A stretch of 39,025 bases of DNA. Source: a virus. Its lineage: Duplodnaviria > Caudoviricetes. The stretch is taken from the IMG/VR virus record IMGVR_UViG_3300005323_000028, positions 1-39,025 of that record; one strand, given 5' to 3'. Position numbers and translations under genes: made by a program. The notes beneath the pieces are model-generated. The model was not told where the DNA came from. It did not search any database and saw nothing but the letters and a program-made list of their open reading frames with translations. Shown one piece after another: positions 10,210-20,031 of the stretch (position 1 is the stretch's first letter; the number at the start of each line of letters is the position of its first letter).

Positions 10210-10508
10210 ATTGCTTGGTGATAAAGAATATAATATCTAATATCAGATTCGGCTCTAACATAGGTAGAATCAACACTACTGCCTGTTGTTTGAATCTGTC
10301 CGACAATACCAGCTTTAGTAGAGGAAAACTTGACCATAGATAAAACAATCGGAACATAACCCAAACCATGAGCATAGGTCTGTCCATCAGTAAGAGTACC
10401 GGAATGTTTTACTTTCAATGTTTCCAAATCTTCCCTCATTACAAAATCATTCGGGTCTGTTGAATAAACACTCTTCCCCGGCTTAGCTATTCTGAAAACA
10501 TTTGTCAT
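10206..10508 (-). CDS. Minor tail/virion protein (paralogue 1)
   Basis: FRIAKPGKSVYSTDPND...HGLGYVP; coupled stop/start. Confidence 0.6.
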   Translation of the reverse strand: MTNVFRIAKPGKSVYSTDPNDFVMREDLETLKVKHSGTLTDGQTYAHGLGYVPIVLSMVKFSSTKAGIVGQIQTTGSSVDSTYVRAESDIRYYILYHQAI

Positions 10509-10837
10509 TAAGTTGGATACAAACCAATAAGAATAATATCGTTTGTTCCATCATTAATAACAATACTTCCCGATAATTGCTGTTCTTCTCCCGCTTTAGA
10601 AAGGTAAGCACTTAAATTAAGAGTACTTGCCACCACATTTCCACTCATATCTACACTAAATGGCGCATCTTCAAAAGCATTAGCCCCTAACCAGATACCC
10701 GATTCATCCGCTTTAAATGCTTTAGCCCCACTACCAATCTTAAGAGAAGCCACATTATCTAATAAATCCTGACCATAAAAATCAGTCGTTGATTGTATTG
10801 CTTTATCCGGAATGTCATTAAATACGCTATCTGCCAT
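10508..10837 (-). CDS. Small tail-associated protein
   Basis: GIWLGANAFEDAPFSVDMSG segment typical of phage tail proteins; TAATG coupling. Confidence 0.55.
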   Translation of the reverse strand: MADSVFNDIPDKAIQSTTDFYGQDLLDNVASLKIGSGAKAFKADESGIWLGANAFEDAPFSVDMSGNVVASTLNLSAYLSKAGEEQQLSGSIVINDGTNDIILIGLYPT

Positions 10838-12297
10838 TATTTTAGTAATACTGCCCCGCTTTCAATACTTGGACCGGTATTAGCCGAAGTAGTAAAAGTA
10901 GCTTTAACTGATAAAACAGAAGCCTCTACTCCTTCCTCAGATGAGATAGTATTTCTTTGACTATCTTTAACCGCTGTCATATTGACATATCCAGCGTAAT
11001 TCTTATCGTAAGCTAGAGTAATATTACAACTAGTCGGTATTTGGTAATAATTTAAGACATAATTTTCCATAGTAGATAGTTCCTCTCGGTTAACATTCAT
11101 GATTCTAGTTTCAAAGTAAGCCCCATCTAATTTGTTGTCATAATCTAATTTATCTACTCCGTAAACATAAGTGTCCGGATCACCATCTACTGTTCTCTTC
11201 CATGCCACATAAACATTAAATCCTGACACCGCTAGCCCCCCTATTTCAATCGCTGTCGTTACCAAGGCTGTTCCATCCCTCTCTGATATTGGATATGGGA
11301 AATCAAGGATAAAGGGGTATTTTCTATCGTGTCTAGCTAATCGGTAAACTCCTAAATCACAAGGGTTACCTGTGCCATTACTCATACCAAATAAGAGTTG
11401 ACCGTTTAAGTTACCACTAGATGATGGATAAACATATCCATACTTAGTCGGGGTATATTCTCCGGGAATAGTTTTATAGAGTTCAGTTGTAGATCCGTCA
11501 TAGGTATATAAATTACCAGCTAAACCAGCTTGAAGTAAAACGAAATTATCAGCCGGTATAAAAGCATTGATACCGGTTTCCGGAATAGTATCAGAAGTCG
11601 TGAAGGATACTGAGTAAGTGTTCCACCTGATTAGTTCTGTTTGAGTTATGGTATTAGCTACCCAAGTACCCACCAATAAATCTACTCCAATCTTACCTAA
11701 ACTCTTTACTCTCAGCGGTGTTTTAATATCTAAAGCATTAGCGGTAAAGACACCAGCATCTACTTGTGCCACTAAATTACCATCACCGATATAAAGGACC
11801 AAGTTAAGTTCCAACATGGGATGGAATAAAGAATCTGTTTTAGTGAAGGTGGCCCAATTCAAAGCCGCATTACTGGTCCATTCAGCCGCAGTATCATTAC
11901 CGGTAGCCGCAATTCTGTGTAGTCTTGATTCGGTAGCCCAATAAATATAGCCTTGATATTCAATCGCCCCCAAACAACCAACTCCACCAGCCGCCGCAGT
12001 AGTCGTGAATATCAATTCAAAAGCATTAGTACTTGGTGTTTGTTGCCAAATCTTTCCGGTAGTAGAAGAAAACCAATAAATCATTCCATTGGATGACACC
12101 ACCCTTTCTTTACAAAATTCAGTTACAGTCGTACTAGATATTTTAGTTAGTTTTTGGCCTACTTTCAAAAGACCGGGGGTAGTGTGTGGATCTAAACCAG
12201 TTAGTTTATAGTAAGAATCAGCTACTCCGGACCATCTACTATCTGCTAAACCACCTCTATTAAAATTGTTTAAAAGTACTTTATTACTATTTGCCAT
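10837..12297 (-). CDS. Putative tail nozzle / tubular protein B-like (beta-propeller)
   Basis: 486 aa, beta-rich, N-terminal NNFNRGGL and C-terminal AYFETR motifs; position before the ejection proteins. Confidence 0.6.
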   Translation of the reverse strand: MANSNKVLLNNFNRGGLADSRWSGVADSYYKLTGLDPHTTPGLLKVGQKLTKISSTTVTEFCKERVVSSNGMIYWFSSTTGKIWQQTPSTNAFELIFTTTAAAGGVGCLGAIEYQGYIYWATESRLHRIAATGNDTAAEWTSNAALNWATFTKTDSLFHPMLELNLVLYIGDGNLVAQVDAGVFTANALDIKTPLRVKSLGKIGVDLLVGTWVANTITQTELIRWNTYSVSFTTSDTIPETGINAFIPADNFVLLQAGLAGNLYTYDGSTTELYKTIPGEYTPTKYGYVYPSSSGNLNGQLLFGMSNGTGNPCDLGVYRLARHDRKYPFILDFPYPISERDGTALVTTAIEIGGLAVSGFNVYVAWKRTVDGDPDTYVYGVDKLDYDNKLDGAYFETRIMNVNREELSTMENYVLNYYQIPTSCNITLAYDKNYAGYVNMTAVKDSQRNTISSEEGVEASVLSVKATFTTSANTGPSIESGAVLLK

Positions 12298-12312
12298 AAT
12301 TAATTATACCTT

Positions 12313-12909
12313 TTAATAAGGTTTACTTGTCCTTGTCCAAATACCAGTTGGCTTACTTGTTTTGGTATAAGTAGCAGTTGGTTTAGCTATTTTTAAGAAA
12401 GTTGCCACCGTCTTAACTACCTTGGTCCATGGATTCACCAACAATCCATTGATATAACGCCGGATAACATCAGATACACTAAAGCTGGCTGACAATATCT
12501 TTCCGGCTAACTTGGTCATATTATCATCCAACACAATCAAAGCATCTGTTAAGGTTCTTCTAAATACTCCATAAGCAGTAAGTACCGATTCTACAATCAG
12601 GGTATCCGTCAATGTTCTGGCAAACTGACCAATTATATTAAACAATTCAGATAAAGAAAGACTTTCCACAAAAACCTTTCCGGCTTGTCTGATAAAAGAA
12701 TCAGTTACTATGTAAGCATCCAGTAGTGATCTGTTTAAGGACCGGAGAAGAGTACTTGTTGAGATTAAGACACTTGATAATAGTTTAGAAACATTGCGGA
12801 TTAGATTATCAGTAACGATAATCGTATCAGTTAATATCTCTGAGAAAAAGCTACCACCAGCGGTAACACCGCCATAAGTAGTACCACCGTAAGTATATCC
12901 GCCATACAT
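12313..12909 (-). CDS. Virion structural protein with ~19-aa repeats
   Basis: MYGGYTYGGTTYGG start and repeated RxLTDxLIVxD-like units. Confidence 0.55.
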   Translation of the reverse strand: MYGGYTYGGTTYGGVTAGGSFFSEILTDTIIVTDNLIRNVSKLLSSVLISTSTLLRSLNRSLLDAYIVTDSFIRQAGKVFVESLSLSELFNIIGQFARTLTDTLIVESVLTAYGVFRRTLTDALIVLDDNMTKLAGKILSASFSVSDVIRRYINGLLVNPWTKVVKTVATFLKIAKPTATYTKTSKPTGIWTRTSKPY

Positions 12910-12959
12910 ATTTTATTTCTCATCTTTCATAATTAGTAAATTATTTTGAGTAGGCATAG

Positions 12960-14039
12960 TTAGAGTTCGGCACTCACTCCGATATTTGAGGTGGTGGAGT
13001 TTTTAGTAAATAGATTTGTAGCATGACCAGCAGTCAAACCTGAACCAGCTGTAGCAGTAACCAGAATCCCGCTGTCGTATTTTTGGTTGTCGGCTAATGT
13101 GACATCGGTAAGTGACCCCGCAGCCACAGTAATTTGAAATGTTCCCGTATAAGCGATTGTGGGACTAGCTCTCATTTTTCCTAGCAGAGGAATGGAGATT
13201 TGGGCAACGGTGGTAGAGTCGCACTTTCCAGCACCTAATGGGGTATAAGCTATCCCGCCAAACTGTTGGTAATATCTCATACACGCTCTTAATTCTTCTT
13301 CATAACTCTTCGGCATAAAGGGTAGAGCCGCATCACCCGCACAGAGTTGGACTTGGGCAATGTCAATGTTGCCTGAACCGACATAGGTTTCAGCATTTGT
13401 ATCTCCAAAAAAAGTGTCCCAAGTTGTAGTTCCCCATATATAACCAAGCATAATTTCTAACATATCATCATTAGCTGTTCCAAATGTTTTACTTACCAAA
13501 GTATTAGTCGTAAAAGTATGAGTATATTTTGTCCAAGTAGAAGTAAGTGTCCAGTTTGTACCATTTATATATTCTGGTGATGTTGGTGAGCCACCGCTTC
13601 CATAATTTTGTCTTAAAAATAAGCCTAATTTTTTATTAGCGATACTAGAACGAGCATAAAAAGAAACTGTTACTTTTTTACCATTACCACATAAATTTCT
13701 AACACCATTTTCTATTGGTTGTCTATAAAGATGGTAAGAAGTATTCCCAAGTGATGTCCCAGCACCATTAGTTGTCAAACGAGAATAATAATAGGAATTT
13801 GATAAATCACCAGCTGTTAAAGCCTCTCTAGTTCTACTTAATGTTGGTAATGTACCACCATTATCATCAATCCAATCTGCCCAATGGTCTGCTCCCCAAA
13901 CTTGTGCTGCGTCTGCTGGTGTAAAACTAACCCCTCTCTGCCACACATCAAAGTTTCCATTGATGATAGCCTGCCTTGCCATTGAGTTATTGAAAACATA
14001 GTCGTTGGCTTGTTGTTGGTTTATTTTTGTTGTTGCCAT
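12960..14039 (-). CDS. Tail fibre / receptor-binding protein with carbohydrate-binding-like domain
   Basis: IINGNFDVWQRG, VTVSFYARS, IAQVQL and EELRACMRYYQ motifs typical of this tail-fibre family. Confidence 0.75.
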   Translation of the reverse strand: MATTKINQQQANDYVFNNSMARQAIINGNFDVWQRGVSFTPADAAQVWGADHWADWIDDNGGTLPTLSRTREALTAGDLSNSYYYSRLTTNGAGTSLGNTSYHLYRQPIENGVRNLCGNGKKVTVSFYARSSIANKKLGLFLRQNYGSGGSPTSPEYINGTNWTLTSTWTKYTHTFTTNTLVSKTFGTANDDMLEIMLGYIWGTTTWDTFFGDTNAETYVGSGNIDIAQVQLCAGDAALPFMPKSYEEELRACMRYYQQFGGIAYTPLGAGKCDSTTVAQISIPLLGKMRASPTIAYTGTFQITVAAGSLTDVTLADNQKYDSGILVTATAGSGLTAGHATNLFTKNSTTSNIGVSAEL

Positions 14040-14062
14040 AGGTTTATTTTATAATTTATTTA

Positions 14063-14881
14063 TTAAACATTACTAACCGATGCTACTTTTTTAACTGTAT
14101 TTGACGAATACGCACTTGTTGGTGAAGTAAAATTACCGGTCCATCTAGCGATACCCTTTAGCACTCTAAATTCATCAATCCATCCATTAAAATAACCCAA
14201 ACCTCCATAAATACCTTTTGAGCAATATCCTACTTGAAACACAGCCCCATAAGCTGGCATAGAATCACTATCTGTTGTTGAAGCCACCGAAGTTCCATCC
14301 ACATACATTTTCCATGAATTTCCATACCTAACAATGGCAATGTGATACCATGTATTAGTAGTAATTCCACTTGTCATGTCCCAGTCTAGGGCAACTAATG
14401 CAGCTGGAGTAGCGCCTGTACTTTGCATTTGAAAAGTTAAATATCTAATAGTATTAGCACCTGACCAAATCCAAGACTGAAGTACCCATCCACCTTGCCA
14501 ATCAGTTGTGTTGTAAGATTGACCAAACAAAACTTGAACTACTGTAGCACCTCCCGTTGCTGGTAAAGAATTCCATCTTACTTGAAAATCAAGTGTAAAA
14601 TTACCACTACCCATCGCAAAATCATCATGGTCTGGTGTATCTATCCAATCACTATTTCCATCAAAAAGCCCTGAGGCTGTTCCAAATTTTTTCTGTGCCG
14701 TATCTAATTGTGCCGTCCCCCTAGCTGTCCAAGTTTTACCACTACCATCAGTAAATGTTGTTGAAGCATCAGTACCATCAAAGTGTAAAAGAGATGATGG
14801 TGTTGGCTCTAGTAAATTACCAGAAACCTTCTTAACACTATTTCGTAAAACTCCACCAATTTTTTTAACTGATATAGCCAT
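14063..14881 (-). CDS. LamG / concanavalin A-like lectin domain virion protein
   Basis: LLHFDG, KFGTASGLFDG, WYHIAIVR, MYVDG and FNGWIDEFRVLKGIARW motifs. Confidence 0.85.
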   Translation of the reverse strand: MAISVKKIGGVLRNSVKKVSGNLLEPTPSSLLHFDGTDASTTFTDGSGKTWTARGTAQLDTAQKKFGTASGLFDGNSDWIDTPDHDDFAMGSGNFTLDFQVRWNSLPATGGATVVQVLFGQSYNTTDWQGGWVLQSWIWSGANTIRYLTFQMQSTGATPAALVALDWDMTSGITTNTWYHIAIVRYGNSWKMYVDGTSVASTTDSDSMPAYGAVFQVGYCSKGIYGGLGYFNGWIDEFRVLKGIARWTGNFTSPTSAYSSNTVKKVASVSNV

Positions 14882-16143
14882 TAAACAACCTCCACTTGAA
14901 CCAGTTGAGGATTAAAAAACATTCTATCGGCATGAGTAGCAACCCCCATAATTTGTACTACATCATCAGTTGCTGTTGGTGCAGTTTGAGATAAAGTATT
15001 TCCACTTGTTCCGGTTACTGTACCGTAAATTACACCACCAACTGTCCATGCCCAACTATCATCCCTAGCTATTCCGTATAATAAATAATTTCCTGTAGCA
15101 TCAGCACTTATTGTAGCATCAGCACACATTACCACCGCAGACATTGTTGCAATAGCATCAGCATCAATTAATTGAGCTTCACCACTAGAATTTATATAAC
15201 ACACATCACCAAAAGCCTGATTTTCATTAGCAACTAAACTTATAGTAGTTCCTGAAACCAAATGATCCGAACTTGGTGCGGCAGTTAATTTATATGTTTT
15301 ATTACTTAAAGTTTCTGTTCTGGTTGCTAAATCTACATACTTTAATCCGGTAGCTTCTGCTGAATCTGCAACTACTGCGTAACCATTAGTACCTACCGCC
15401 AATCTTTGCGGATTAGTGTCATAGGTATAGATATCACCTTTAGTAGATAAAACATTGACACCAGTAGTACCAATCTCATAATCAACTAATATCTTATCTC
15501 CAGTTAAAGGGGCAGTAACAAAAGTAATTGTTGTGCCAGTAAATGTGTAATCATCTGTTATCTTTTGTCTAATACCATTCAGATAAACTCTCAAAGTATC
15601 AGTTACCGGAGTATCAGCAATCGTAAAATCAGCATTACTACTATCTACATCACCTGTTGGTACTTCACCCCTAACTAAAGTAACACTACCCGAACTTCCC
15701 CATTTAATACCAGAAGTTGCCGTTGAATCAGCTAAAAGAACTTGGTCGTTAGTACCTACTGCTAATCGGGAATAAGTACCAGCCGCACTTTGAGATAAAA
15801 TATCACCTTTGGTTGTTAAGACATCAAGTTGATCCCATACTCCATCAGTCGGTGCTAGATAAAATTCATCACCAATAACAACAGTTCTCGCACTTGAGCC
15901 TTCCTGTTCTCTGGTAACAGTAAAAGTATCACCGGCTGGATCATGGGTAGTCACTAGGACCACTTCAGAATTAGAAGGTGTTGCCGGTAAACTTGCTTCC
16001 TTAACCACGCAAACATAAGTACCACCACTCGTATTTGGGAATCTAGCACCTTCACCACTATTTAAAATTATAGAAGTTCCAGAAGCAGCGGGATCAGGTG
16101 GAGTTAAGACTGTTCCATAAGCAAAATTCTTTCTTTGATACAC
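14881..16143 (-). CDS. Multidomain tail fibre-like protein
   Basis: FTVTREQEGS head, two TKGD..RLAVGTN..ADS..G repeats, a VYLNG..Q...DYT Ig-like unit and a C-terminal APTATDDVVQIMG segment. Confidence 0.7.
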   Translation of the reverse strand: MYQRKNFAYGTVLTPPDPAASGTSIILNSGEGARFPNTSGGTYVCVVKEASLPATPSNSEVVLVTTHDPAGDTFTVTREQEGSSARTVVIGDEFYLAPTDGVWDQLDVLTTKGDILSQSAAGTYSRLAVGTNDQVLLADSTATSGIKWGSSGSVTLVRGEVPTGDVDSSNADFTIADTPVTDTLRVYLNGIRQKITDDYTFTGTTITFVTAPLTGDKILVDYEIGTTGVNVLSTKGDIYTYDTNPQRLAVGTNGYAVVADSAEATGLKYVDLATRTETLSNKTYKLTAAPSSDHLVSGTTISLVANENQAFGDVCYINSSGEAQLIDADAIATMSAVVMCADATISADATGNYLLYGIARDDSWAWTVGGVIYGTVTGTSGNTLSQTAPTATDDVVQIMGVATHADRMFFNPQLVQVEVV

Positions 16144-16153
16144 CTAACCCCCT

Positions 16154-16798
16154 TTATGAAGTAGTAACTTGAACGTTATGAGTTATTTGAAGTGAATCGC
16201 CTGAAACGACATTGACTGCCGAAAATACCTGTCTTGCCAATAAAACTCCACCAGAAGTATTATTATTCAATATTCCTTCTTCAGTAACTGCTCTTGATCC
16301 GGTAAAAGTAAAAGTTTTAATCCATCTTTCAGTATCACCAGTAGTTGTTGTAGTCTGATTTGAAACAGTAGCCGCCCCTCTTTCACCACCATCTGCCACT
16401 ATTTCACTTTCCAAGGTGGTATCTCCGGCAGCTGCCGCAGTTGTACCAATACCAAGGGCAACAGCCGTCATAGGTGCAGTTGTTGTGCCACCTAATTGAT
16501 CAGCGACTGCTTTCTTACCTACTGTAGTAACCAAATTGTGTTTAACTGCTTTAGTTGTCCAATGTCCGGTAACAAAAGGGATTTTAAGATCCAAATGTAG
16601 GACCTTATTAATCAGCTTCCATAGCCAATTATCCGCAAATTGTGGTTTAGCAGCCCAGTTTAATAAATCCTCTTTTTGTTTTTCAGTTAAGAATCCAGCC
16701 TGTAGATAGGCTTTAACCTGCTCTAATTTAGCAGTATCAAATAATCTTCTCTCTACAATACCTTTAACACCGGATTTATTCATTATTCCGTATTTCAT
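16154..16798 (-). CDS. Virion structural (tail) protein
   Basis: HNLVTTVGK, ALGIGTTAAAAGDTTL and VTEEGILN...LLARQVF motifs common in phage tail proteins. Confidence 0.65.
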   Translation of the reverse strand: MKYGIMNKSGVKGIVERRLFDTAKLEQVKAYLQAGFLTEKQKEDLLNWAAKPQFADNWLWKLINKVLHLDLKIPFVTGHWTTKAVKHNLVTTVGKKAVADQLGGTTTAPMTAVALGIGTTAAAAGDTTLESEIVADGGERGAATVSNQTTTTTGDTERWIKTFTFTGSRAVTEEGILNNNTSGGVLLARQVFSAVNVVSGDSLQITHNVQVTTS

Positions 16799-16983
16799 TT
16801 TATAGCCTCCAACTCATCTTCTTTGTAGAAAGAGACACCATTGATCACTTCCTTATTCTGCACATCTACTTCTTTAGATGAAACTTTATAATTTACTCCT
16901 TGTGCATCAATCATTATTCCAAGGACCTCATGCTCTTCATTCAAGCCTTTGGCTCTTACTTTATCTCCAATTTTATATTTCAT
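16795..16983 (-). CDS. Small hypothetical protein (SH3-like beta barrel possible)
   Basis: MKYKIGDKVR start; TATAAT-N5-ATG; ATGA overlap with the next gene. Confidence 0.6.
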   Translation of the reverse strand: MKYKIGDKVRAKGLNEEHEVLGIMIDAQGVNYKVSSKEVDVQNKEVINGVSFYKEDELEAIK

Positions 16984-17013
16984 ATTTAATTATACCTTTT
17001 TAACGAATAAAAT

Positions 17014-17727
17014 TTAATACTGTGAACCGTCATTGTACGGTACAGCTCCGATAACTTGCCTATCTCTACTTTGTGGTTTAAGAGAATTAATGGCAGTTAT
17101 CTTGTCAATCTTATAGCTCAACTCCTTTTCAGTAAGAGGAATTGGTTTTTCCCGGCTACTCTTCCAATCAATAATTACTCCTCTAGCCCAGATCTCATGT
17201 AACTCTCTAGGAATGCCATGGGTAGTAGTAGAGGGATCTTGGCTCATATCATCAGTTGCTGATAGATCTCCAATGGCTGAAGGCCATGTATTTACCCAAA
17301 CTCTTAATCCGTCTGCAACAGAAGTGATAGTTCCGGAATAAAGATAAATAGATTTCCGACTTAAATCATAAAAGGCACAATCCTCTTCATTGCTAAAGTT
17401 TTCAGTTATTTCTGATTCGGTTAAGATACTGTTTTTAAGACTAACAATATCTAATTCTTTTAGTTTGATATAGTTTGTACCATCCAGTTTAGCTTCAATC
17501 CTTTTAATGCTAGCTAACATGTCTTGTGGTAGGGGATATTCTCGTTGATTCGCTACTAAAGACGTATATTGTGGGATTAAGAGTATATCTTCATCAGCAT
17601 CCAGAATATCTTTAGCTATCTCGTCTTGGCGAATCTTCATCAAGGCTAGAATATTAGCATCAGTAAAAGTCGTTGAATTGGTCCTTGTCATGAACCTCAC
17701 ATGGGTAGCGAACTCACTAGGTGTCAT
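17014..17727 (-). CDS. Putative head-tail adaptor protein
   Basis: Helical N-terminus, LVANQREYPLP and IPRELHE motifs; size and position match podovirus adaptors. Confidence 0.65.
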   Translation of the reverse strand: MTPSEFATHVRFMTRTNSTTFTDANILALMKIRQDEIAKDILDADEDILLIPQYTSLVANQREYPLPQDMLASIKRIEAKLDGTNYIKLKELDIVSLKNSILTESEITENFSNEEDCAFYDLSRKSIYLYSGTITSVADGLRVWVNTWPSAIGDLSATDDMSQDPSTTTHGIPRELHEIWARGVIIDWKSSREKPIPLTEKELSYKIDKITAINSLKPQSRDRQVIGAVPYNDGSQY

Positions 17728-17748
17728 AATTAATTATACATTTTTTTA

Positions 17749-18285
17749 TTAAGCTGCTACCAACCTTCCATCACTAGATAAAGGATAGTAGGCAACATAA
17801 AAAGTCATTGCACCAGTTGTCGGTGTATCTGTTGTAGCATAACGATATTCTATTTGAGTAACTGCGGCTGTCTTTTTAGTGACAACTACCGGAGTAAAGA
17901 CATTGGTTTGAAGTGTAGTAGGTTCTGCTATCGCACCAGCCGCATTATCAATTAAAACAGCCGCAGCTGCTACTAAACCTGTCTTAGCTACAATACAACC
18001 AGCCTTCTTAGCTGATAAAGCTACACCACCAACAGCAGTTAAATAAACCTGTGCAGTTTGATCATTAATTCTAAAAGAAGCAGCTGTATGATTAACTCCA
18101 ATATTAGTCGTAACTTCACCCCATATTCTAGTTATCATAACTGAACCGGTTAAAGTAAAAATTGGTACAACAACGGTAGCATTACTGCCTACAAAAGTAT
18201 GATGTTTACTTACTTTAAATGGTGAATCACCATAAATAGGATTTCCGTTTGAATCTATATCTACTAAACCATCTAGTGTTGCCAT
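17749..18285 (-). CDS. Hypothetical virion protein
   Basis: 178-aa beta-rich, A/T/V-rich ORF in the head gene block. Confidence 0.55.
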   Translation of the reverse strand: MATLDGLVDIDSNGNPIYGDSPFKVSKHHTFVGSNATVVVPIFTLTGSVMITRIWGEVTTNIGVNHTAASFRINDQTAQVYLTAVGGVALSAKKAGCIVAKTGLVAAAAVLIDNAAGAIAEPTTLQTNVFTPVVVTKKTAAVTQIEYRYATTDTPTTGAMTFYVAYYPLSSDGRLVAA

Positions 18286-18319
18286 ATATTTTTATTTATT
18301 TAATAATTAATTCTTACCT

Positions 18320-18345
18320 TACTCCCCTACCGAAGTAGGGAAGTA
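18320..18345 (-). other. Intergenic RNA hairpin with cUUCGg tetraloop
   Basis: Minus strand TACTTCCCTAC-TTCG-GTAGGGGAGTA, with no U-tract after it. Confidence 0.6.
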
Positions 18346-18357
18346 TCAAAGCACTAA

Positions 18358-19377
18358 TTAGGCAGCTTGAGTAGCCAAACCAGCAGTTGCACCAGTAGCA
18401 GCACCAATTACCATGACACCAACAGATGTTGATAATTTAGTACAGTTAGAGAAAGCTGGATTAATAACCACAATACTTCCAGCAGTCAAATTTGCACCAG
18501 TAGCAATAGCTTGAGCAGGTAGAGCTGTAGCATTCTTAGGATTGTAGAAGAAACAGTTTTTGAATAGGATCATTCTCGGAATGTCAGCATCAGCAGCAGC
18601 ATAGACTAATCTATCGGCTACATTTCCAGCTTTTTTCAAGAATAAACAATCATCAAAAATACAATCTAAAGCTGTTTTACCAGTACCACCAATTTCTTTG
18701 GTGAAAAGGACACATGCTCTTATAATCGCACCAACACTTTCAGCAGCATCGCTACCAAAAGTACATCTGATGTATTGAGCAGAATCTGCATTACAAACTA
18801 ATTCAGCAGAACCAGTTGTTTCCAAATCAGTTGATTTGTAGAACTCACAATTCTCCCAAATAGCATACTCACCAGCATCAATAACAGAATAAAGAGATTC
18901 AGCTTTAGTATTAGAAGAATCAAACTTTATATTTCTAAAAGTATTACCAACACCGGTATTCTTCAAAACCGCTAAATCTGTAGCAGCAGTTGTAACACCC
19001 AATGTAACTCTAGCCCTAGCACCTAAACCCATAGCACCACCACGCAAACCCATACCTACAAAATGCACTCTATTTTTAGCAATAGTAAGCATTGAGGTTT
19101 GAGCATGAGCAGCATTGGCACTTAACATAATCACATCATGTCTATTAGAAACAGCAGCCGCATAAGCAGCAGCAATAGTACTATGAACCGCATAAGTACC
19201 ATCATTATATTGTTTTTGATACTTATCAACAAACTCTAAATATCCACCATCAGAAGAGGGGATAACATAATAGATATTACCTGTCGTAACAGGAATACTA
19301 TTAGCACTAGACGATAATTCGTTCAATGCTTTTTCTAATTCTAAATCGCCTTGTGAAGCGAGACTATATTTTGACAT
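18358..19377 (-). CDS. Beta-helix (pectin lyase-like) virion protein
   Basis: TIAAAYAAA..DVIML head followed by FRNIKF, WENCEF, YIRCTF, FDDCLF and FKNCFF rungs. Confidence 0.65.
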   Translation of the reverse strand: MSKYSLASQGDLELEKALNELSSSANSIPVTTGNIYYVIPSSDGGYLEFVDKYQKQYNDGTYAVHSTIAAAYAAAVSNRHDVIMLSANAAHAQTSMLTIAKNRVHFVGMGLRGGAMGLGARARVTLGVTTAATDLAVLKNTGVGNTFRNIKFDSSNTKAESLYSVIDAGEYAIWENCEFYKSTDLETTGSAELVCNADSAQYIRCTFGSDAAESVGAIIRACVLFTKEIGGTGKTALDCIFDDCLFLKKAGNVADRLVYAAADADIPRMILFKNCFFYNPKNATALPAQAIATGANLTAGSIVVINPAFSNCTKLSTSVGVMVIGAATGATAGLATQAA

Positions 19378-19444
19378 AGTTTTTGTCCTTTTTGGCTCAC
19401 TCTGGCTACCACTAACCAGGGATCACCTAAATATTAATATAACC

Positions 19445-19468
19445 AAAAAAGCATCCACTTGTGGATGC
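19445..19468 (-). terminator. Intrinsic terminator in the leader of the 19377 gene
   Basis: Minus strand GCATCCAC-AA-GTGGATGC-TTTTTT. Confidence 0.8.
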
Positions 19469-19470
19469 CT

Positions 19471-19504
19471 TCAGTATTTCTGATTGGTTATCTAATTAAT
19501 TATA
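19471..19504 (-). promoter_or_regulatory. TATAAT box plus conserved hairpin motif, copy A
   Basis: TATAAT (19504-19499), 15 nt, then TCAG-AAATA-CTGA (19483-19471). Confidence 0.7.
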
Positions 19505-19985
19505 TACTAATTGAATCTTTATCACCACCAGAATCATATTTTCTATGACAAGCTAAACAAAGCATAATAAAATTTTCTCTTCTTCTTTTCATTTCCTTAC
19601 CCTTAATTAAAGCCCATTCAAACCAACATGGTTTAATTAGTGTTTTTTTAGCACCTTTTCTTGGATAAACACAATCTTTATTCTCACATTTATTAGGTTT
19701 ACCAAAAGTGGTTTTTAACCAGACATGAATACCAGTATAACCAATATTGTCATCTCTCCAATTAGAACCCTTACATCCTTTTTGTGCTTCACTACGTTTT
19801 TTTATAGTTTCTTTTGATTGTTTAAAACCTAAACTATATTTATTACCAATCATTATTTTACTAACAGCTTTTATCCTACATTCAATAGAGCAAAATTTGG
19901 TTCTATTTAACCAATCTTTCATTGACCTATTCGGTTTTTTAATTATCTCTTTACCACAAAATAGACAGGGCTTAGTCATTTTCAT
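19500..19985 (-). CDS. HNH-type homing endonuclease with N-terminal Zn finger and NUMOD3-like segment
   Basis: CLFCGK..KFCSIEC, KQSKETIKKRSEAQKG, GIHVWL..GKPNKC and LCLACHRKYD motifs. Confidence 0.75.
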   Translation of the reverse strand: MKMTKPCLFCGKEIIKKPNRSMKDWLNRTKFCSIECRIKAVSKIMIGNKYSLGFKQSKETIKKRSEAQKGCKGSNWRDDNIGYTGIHVWLKTTFGKPNKCENKDCVYPRKGAKKTLIKPCWFEWALIKGKEMKRRRENFIMLCLACHRKYDSGGDKDSISI

Positions 19986-20031
19986 AACTAATTCTACCCT
20001 GTCTATTATCCAAATGCAATCCTTATATTAC

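Noticed and set aside
17143-17155. GGTTTTTTCCCGG as a fifth copy of the hairpin motif
   Set aside because: It lies inside a CDS, does not form the same stem and has no TATAAT at the conserved distance.
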